Assembly (NCBI GenBank): GCA_020725385.1
Contig: DYFC01000071.1
Span: 1-11,428, forward strand
Length of the DNA stretch: 11,428 bases
Reading direction: 5' to 3'
DNA from: Nitrospira japonica
Lineage (GTDB): Bacteria > Nitrospirota > Thermodesulfovibrionia > Thermodesulfovibrionales > SM23-35
The notes beneath the pieces were generated by a model. It worked only from the letters and a program-made list of their open reading frames with translations. It searched no databases and was not told the origin of the DNA. Of this stretch, positions 7,752 through 11,428 are shown piece after piece (the first letter of the stretch is position 1; the number at the start of each line of letters is the position of its first letter). Both the position numbers and the translations under genes were made by a program.

Positions 7752-8300
7752 ATGACTCGCAGATTAAGAATAATTCTTGTTGCACTTGTTTTAATAACAA
7801 TTCTGGGTTCAGTATTTTACATCTATAATTTAGAGCGTGATAATTTCCATGCTATAACACATGGCCAGGCTTATAGATCAGCCCAACTTGATAAGGACGA
7901 ACTTGAATATTACATCAAAAAGTATAATATACGAAGCATTATAAACCTGCGAGGTGAACATCCTACTAAGGACTGGTATATTGAGGAAAAGCATATTAGT
8001 TTGAAAAATAATCTTCAATTTTATAGCCTGCGTTTATCTTCTTCACGTGAACCTGATTATGAAGATATAAATAAGTTAATTAGCATTTTCAAAGAAGCCC
8101 CGAGACCCGTATTAATACATTGCAGGGCAGGTGCTGATAGATCAGGACTTGCAGCAGCTATCTGGAAAGTTGTCATTGATAAAGAACCTAAATCGGTTGC
8201 AAAGAAACAATTGTCTATTTTTTACGGTCATCTGCCTTTCGGAAAAACAAGTGCTATGGATAGATTTTTCAATAAATGGAATCCGCCTTCAGATAATTAA
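7752..8300 (+). CDS. Membrane-anchored Cys-based protein tyrosine/dual-specificity phosphatase family protein
   Basis: P-loop HCRAGADRSG (HCX5R), 'YRSAQL', 'IRSIINLRG', N-terminal basic residues plus hydrophobic helix (IILVALVLITILGSVFYIY), and an AAAGGA RBS upstream of the ATG. Confidence 0.88.
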   Translation: MTRRLRIILVALVLITILGSVFYIYNLERDNFHAITHGQAYRSAQLDKDELEYYIKKYNIRSIINLRGEHPTKDWYIEEKHISLKNNLQFYSLRLSSSREPDYEDINKLISIFKEAPRPVLIHCRAGADRSGLAAAIWKVVIDKEPKSVAKKQLSIFYGHLPFGKTSAMDRFFNKWNPPSDN

Positions 8301-8307
8301 GGGAAGG

Positions 8308-8766
8308 TTATTCATTTAAATCAATTATAACCGCCGTTTCATCACATTCAGGAAAACGTGGACATCTAAGACAATCGCCCCATATTTTTTGAGGCAATGT
8401 AGATTTATCCGTTTCTATAAACCCGAGTTTTTTGAAAAATTCGGGCTGATATGTCAGAGCAAATACTTTTTTGATTCCAAGAGATTTTGCTTCTTTTAGA
8501 CATTGCTTAACAAGATTTTTACCTATTCCCATCTTCTGCCGGTTTTTTTCGACAGCCAGAGATCGAATCTCTGCAAGATCTTCCCACATTATATGCAAAG
8601 CACAAACACCGCAAATTTTTCCGCTATCATCACATACAATGAAATCTCTCACAGTCTCGTAAAGTTCGTTCAAAGATCTTGGAATCATCTGTTCTTTGCG
8701 CGCGAATTCATTAATGAGTTTTTGTGCATATTTTAGGTCCGATATTTTAGCTTTTCTTATTTTCAA
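8308..8766 (-). CDS. argA: GNAT N-acetyltransferase, probable short-form amino-acid (N-acetylglutamate) acetyltransferase
   Basis: 'KIRKA...D', 'MIPRSLNELYE.VRDF', 'LHIMWEDLAEIRSLAV', acetyl-CoA motif 'RQKMGIG', 'VFALTY...FF.KLGF' and 'LPQKIWGDCLRCPRFPECDE', all typical of the short single-domain ArgA-like family. TTG start overlaps the upstream gene by 20 nt. Confidence 0.82.
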   Translation of the reverse strand: MKIRKAKISDLKYAQKLINEFARKEQMIPRSLNELYETVRDFIVCDDSGKICGVCALHIMWEDLAEIRSLAVEKNRQKMGIGKNLVKQCLKEAKSLGIKKVFALTYQPEFFKKLGFIETDKSTLPQKIWGDCLRCPRFPECDETAVIIDLNE

Positions 8767-9295
8767 TATATTTAATTCCCTTCAATAAGGCTTTCTTATT
8801 TATTGAAATCAACTTTGCTTTTTTTGCTGGCACTGTCTGAGAGAGAACATCAAGGACAGAAGATTCTTTTAATATGTCCGTCTTAGCAATAAAAGCACCA
8901 GCAAGCACAATATTAGACGATTGTATAGCATTTAATTTGCTTGCTATTTCAGTGGCAGGAATTCCTATTATTTCAATATCATCTCTTTCTTCATGACCGT
9001 TGATTAAGGATGAATCATATAATAAAAGACCGCCTTTTTTTAATTTGCTATAGAATTTACTGAATGCATTATCATTCATTACAATTAATGTATCAGGATT
9101 GGAAACAACAGGAGAGCCGATCAATTCATCGGAAAATATTACTGTGCAGTTTGCTGTCCCGCCTCTCATTTCTGCTCCATATGAAGGAAACCATGTAACT
9201 TCTTTACCTTCATTCATACCCGCAAGAGTAAGTATTTTCCCGAGAAAAAGAATTCCCTGTCCGCCAAATCCGCTAATTATTATACTGTGTTCCAA
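8747..9295 (-). CDS. 2-oxoacid:ferredoxin oxidoreductase gamma subunit (KorC/PorG-like)
   Basis: 'IIISGFGGQGILFLG', 'WFPSYGAEMRGGTANCTV', 'IGSP...PD.LIVMN', 'IPATEIA', 'NIVLAGA'. TTG start abuts the beta-subunit stop codon. Confidence 0.92.
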   Translation of the reverse strand: MEHSIIISGFGGQGILFLGKILTLAGMNEGKEVTWFPSYGAEMRGGTANCTVIFSDELIGSPVVSNPDTLIVMNDNAFSKFYSKLKKGGLLLYDSSLINGHEERDDIEIIGIPATEIASKLNAIQSSNIVLAGAFIAKTDILKESSVLDVLSQTVPAKKAKLISINKKALLKGIKYIENKKS

Positions 9296-10045
9296 TTAAT
9301 TGACCTCTTTATATCTGTCTTTATATGTGCCTAAAGGAAAGATTTTTAACATCGTTTCATCAACCCATTTTAATGATTCTTCAGGCGACATCTTCCATCC
9401 AACAGGACATTGAGAAATAATCTCAACAAGGCTGAAACCTTTTTCTTCAATCTGGTATCTAAAAGATTTTTCTATTGCTCTTTTTGTATCCATAAGATTT
9501 TTATGAGAATTAACAGCAGTTCTAATAATAAAAGAAGTTCCTTCAATTGTTGATAAGAGTTCTGCTACACGGAGAGGATAGCCGTGTATTTGAGATTTTC
9601 TTCCCGAACGTGTAGTAGATGTATATTGTTCTAATAAAGTAGTTGGCGCCATTTGTCCGCCTGTCATTCCATAATTTGCATTATTTATGAAAAACACAGA
9701 AATATTTTCACCTCTAGTGGCTGCGTGTATTATTTCTGCTGTGCCAATTGCTGCAAGGTCTCCATCTCCCTGATAAGAGAAAACAATCTTATCAGGACGT
9801 GTTCTCTTGATTCCTGTTGCAACAGCAGGGGGTCTTCCATGAGCGCATTCAATCATGTCAATATTGAAATAATCATAAGCAAAGACAGCACACCCAACAG
9901 GAGCAATCCCGATTGTTTTACCCCTGATACCAAATGAGTCTATACATTCTGCTATTAATCTATGAATAAGACTATGCCCGCATCCGGGACAGTAACGGAA
10001 TGGTTCATTTTTAAGACTTCCTGGCCGTTGAAAAACCTTTTTCAT
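9296..10045 (-). CDS. 2-oxoacid:ferredoxin oxidoreductase beta subunit (TPP-binding; KorB/VorA-like)
   Basis: 'YCPGCGH', 'PVGC', 'HGR', TPP motif 'QGDGDLAAIG...NNANYGMTGGQMAPTT' and 'SQCP'. The substrate cannot be assigned from sequence. Confidence 0.93.
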   Translation of the reverse strand: MKKVFQRPGSLKNEPFRYCPGCGHSLIHRLIAECIDSFGIRGKTIGIAPVGCAVFAYDYFNIDMIECAHGRPPAVATGIKRTRPDKIVFSYQGDGDLAAIGTAEIIHAATRGENISVFFINNANYGMTGGQMAPTTLLEQYTSTTRSGRKSQIHGYPLRVAELLSTIEGTSFIIRTAVNSHKNLMDTKRAIEKSFRYQIEEKGFSLVEIISQCPVGWKMSPEESLKWVDETMLKIFPLGTYKDRYKEVN

Positions 10046-10977
10046 ATGCTATTTGACATCTCAAGAACGGCGCCTTCAAGAATTCCGTATTCACTGATTA
10101 TTAATTTGTTAAATCCTAAATAATCCATGATTTTTATTGTAAATAGTAAGCCCGGTATAATCAAGTCAGCTCTTTCGGGTTCGAGTCCTTTAACAGATTT
10201 CCTTTGTTCAAGATTTAGTGATATGAGTCTTTTAAACATCTGTATAAGTTTTTCCAAAGAAATGGTGTGAAGGTGAATCTTCTCCCTTGAATATTCTTCT
10301 AATTGTAAATCTATTGAAGCGATTGTGCTGAAAGTGCCGGCACTGCCTGATAGTAATATATTGCTATCGAGAAACATGCCGAGTTGCATTTGAAGATTTT
10401 CAAGGACTGGCAGAATTTCTATTTCAAGATTGTTTAATTCATCTTCAGTAATAACATCACTTATATTATACCGCTGACATAACTTAATAACTCCAATCGG
10501 AATACTCCACATTTTGAGATTATTTGCACCTTTATAAAATATAAATTCTGTGCTACCACCGCCAATATCTATAATAAGATATGGAGGCCGATAGCCTGCA
10601 TAACGAAATGCATAAATTATTCCTTTGAGTGTAAGTTCAGCCTCTTTTTTCCCGGGTAATACTTCAATTTTGATCCCTGTTTCTTCAAAAGCTTTTTCTA
10701 TAAAAATATCTGCATTTGAAGCTTCACGTAAAGCACTTGTTCCGAATGTATAAATTTTCTCTACATTGTATTTAGAACAAATAGAAGCAAATTTTTTAAG
10801 TGCTTCGATTGAATCATACATACGATCTTCCCGAAGCATTCCTGATATGCTAAGACCGTCACCAAGACGCGTGATACTCCTGTCAGTATAAATATCTTTA
10901 AATCCCTTATCTTCTAATAAAGCAACAAGAAACCTGAATGTATTTGAGCCAGCATCTATTGCAGCTACTAATGACAT
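10042..10977 (-). CDS. ppx: Ppx/GppA family exopolyphosphatase / pppGpp phosphohydrolase, short form without the C-terminal HD domain
   Basis: 'AAIDAGSNTFR', 'ITRLG', 'GTSALREASN', 'EAELT', 'IDIGGGSTE', 'SIPIG', 'RADLIIPG', 'SEYGILEG'; 311 aa; AAGGAG RBS; ATGA overlap with the beta subunit. Confidence 0.93.
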   Translation of the reverse strand: MSLVAAIDAGSNTFRFLVALLEDKGFKDIYTDRSITRLGDGLSISGMLREDRMYDSIEALKKFASICSKYNVEKIYTFGTSALREASNADIFIEKAFEETGIKIEVLPGKKEAELTLKGIIYAFRYAGYRPPYLIIDIGGGSTEFIFYKGANNLKMWSIPIGVIKLCQRYNISDVITEDELNNLEIEILPVLENLQMQLGMFLDSNILLSGSAGTFSTIASIDLQLEEYSREKIHLHTISLEKLIQMFKRLISLNLEQRKSVKGLEPERADLIIPGLLFTIKIMDYLGFNKLIISEYGILEGAVLEMSNSI

Positions 10978-10978
10978 T

Positions 10979-11143
10979 CTATTTTTTCTCCTTTATTGTT
11001 GCTATTCTATCATTTGGTATTACGATCCATCCCATTTCTGATTCAAGATGAACTTCTTCTTCACCTATTTCTATTAATTTGCCGGTATATGTAATTCCTT
11101 CAATTGCTTCAACTATTACAATTTTCCCAATTAGTTCGATCAT
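10979..11143 (-). CDS. Small (54 aa) protein with a predicted Sm/LSm/Hfq-like SH3-type beta-barrel; absent from the ORF track
   Basis: Manual translation: MIELIGKIVIVEAIEGITYTGKLIEIGEEEVHLESEMGWIVIPNDRIATIKEKK*. ATG at 11143-11141 with AAGGTG 5 nt upstream; TAG at 10981-10979, 1 nt before the ppx ATG. The pattern matches Sm1-like and Sm2-like motifs. Confidence 0.82.
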   Translation of the reverse strand: MIELIGKIVIVEAIEGITYTGKLIEIGEEEVHLESEMGWIVIPNDRIATIKEKK

Positions 11144-11169
11144 TTTTTCACCTTGCCTTTATATATCTA

Positions 11170-11175
11170 ATTATA
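11170..11175 (-). promoter_or_regulatory. Candidate -10 element for the Sm-like/ppx operon
   Basis: Minus strand ...CTGGTG-TATAAT-TAG..., 26 nt upstream of the ATG at 11143. The -35 match is poor (TTATCC/TATCCA). Confidence 0.5.
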
Positions 11176-11263
11176 CACCAGTTTAGTTTACATGGATAAG
11201 ACAGGTCTTTGCCCGATAGCAATTGAGTAGCTGCTTGCTAGAATAATTAAAAAGTAAATATCA

Positions 11264-11354
11264 GCTTGAAACGTTTAAACCGTTTGAACTGAACGACAGA
11301 AAATCAGTTTACGATTTACGTTTAAGGCCTTTTGTTATTCGCTCTATGCTCTTT
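11264..11354. repeat. Cluster of short degenerate tandem repeats (9-mers and 7-mers)
   Basis: GCTTGAAAC-GTTTAAACC-GTTTGAACT (11264-11290); GTTTACG-ATTTACG-TTTA (11307-11324); GCTCTAT-GCTCTTT (11341-11354). Confidence 0.55.
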
Positions 11355-11367
11355 ACACGTTCTATTT

Positions 11368-11422
11368 AGTTTACCTGTTGCCTCACATAAAAATCTAAAC
11401 GAAAAGTTTCTCTGTTGCCTCA
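11368..11422. repeat. 18-bp imperfect direct repeat, period 37 bp
   Basis: AGTTTACCTGTTGCCTCA (11368-11385) versus AGTTTCTCTGTTGCCTCA (11405-11422): 16/18 identical, with a perfect 11-bp core CTGTTGCCTCA. Confidence 0.7.
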
Positions 11423-11428
11423 TTAAAA

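Noticed and set aside
7372-7755. 127-aa plus-strand ORF spanning the divergent intergenic region
   Set aside because: Overlaps the ETF-QO 5' end and promoter in antisense; composition reflects AT-rich non-coding DNA; no motif or RBS.
8131-9937. Small plus-strand ORFs 8131-8319, 8471-8662, 8503-8736, 9099-9299 and 9653-9937
   Set aside because: Out-of-frame or antisense overlaps of well-supported genes.
11191-11199. DnaA-box-like TTATCCATG on the minus strand
   Set aside because: Two mismatches to TTATCCACA, a single copy, and no origin context.
11368-11428. CRISPR array (repeat starts with GTTT, i.e. ends in GAAAC on the minus strand)
   Set aside because: Only two imperfect copies; the 37-bp period leaves 19 nt between them, too short for a repeat plus spacer; no cas genes in the window.

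Overview
AT-rich bacterial window with 9 complete ORFs from the track, one small gene the track missed, and a partial gene at the left edge. The gene content suggests an anaerobic Gram-negative organism such as Nitrospirota/Thermodesulfovibrionia or a deltaproteobacterium; this is inference only. Left block (+): the end of a CBM-like protein, a YfhO-type (GT-C-like) membrane protein, a GT2 glycosyltransferase and an isolated type II secretion secretin (GspD), i.e. the tail of a cell-surface glycosylation/export locus. Middle: a stand-alone ETF:quinone oxidoreductase (FixC-FixX-like fusion, 8 C-terminal Cys) on - with a near-consensus sigma70 promoter, divergent from a membrane-anchored PTP/DSP phosphatase (+). 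Right block (-): a tightly coupled five-gene operon of a 54-aa Sm/LSm/Hfq-like protein (not in the ORF track), a short Ppx/GppA, 2-oxoacid:ferredoxin oxidoreductase beta and gamma subunits (no alpha or delta) and a short GNAT ArgA. The last ~250 bp hold several short tandem and direct repeats. No rRNA, tRNA, CRISPR array or transposase was recognised. The best leads are the hidden Sm-like gene with its operon and the secretin linked to glycosylation genes; neither is established as a new system from sequence alone.
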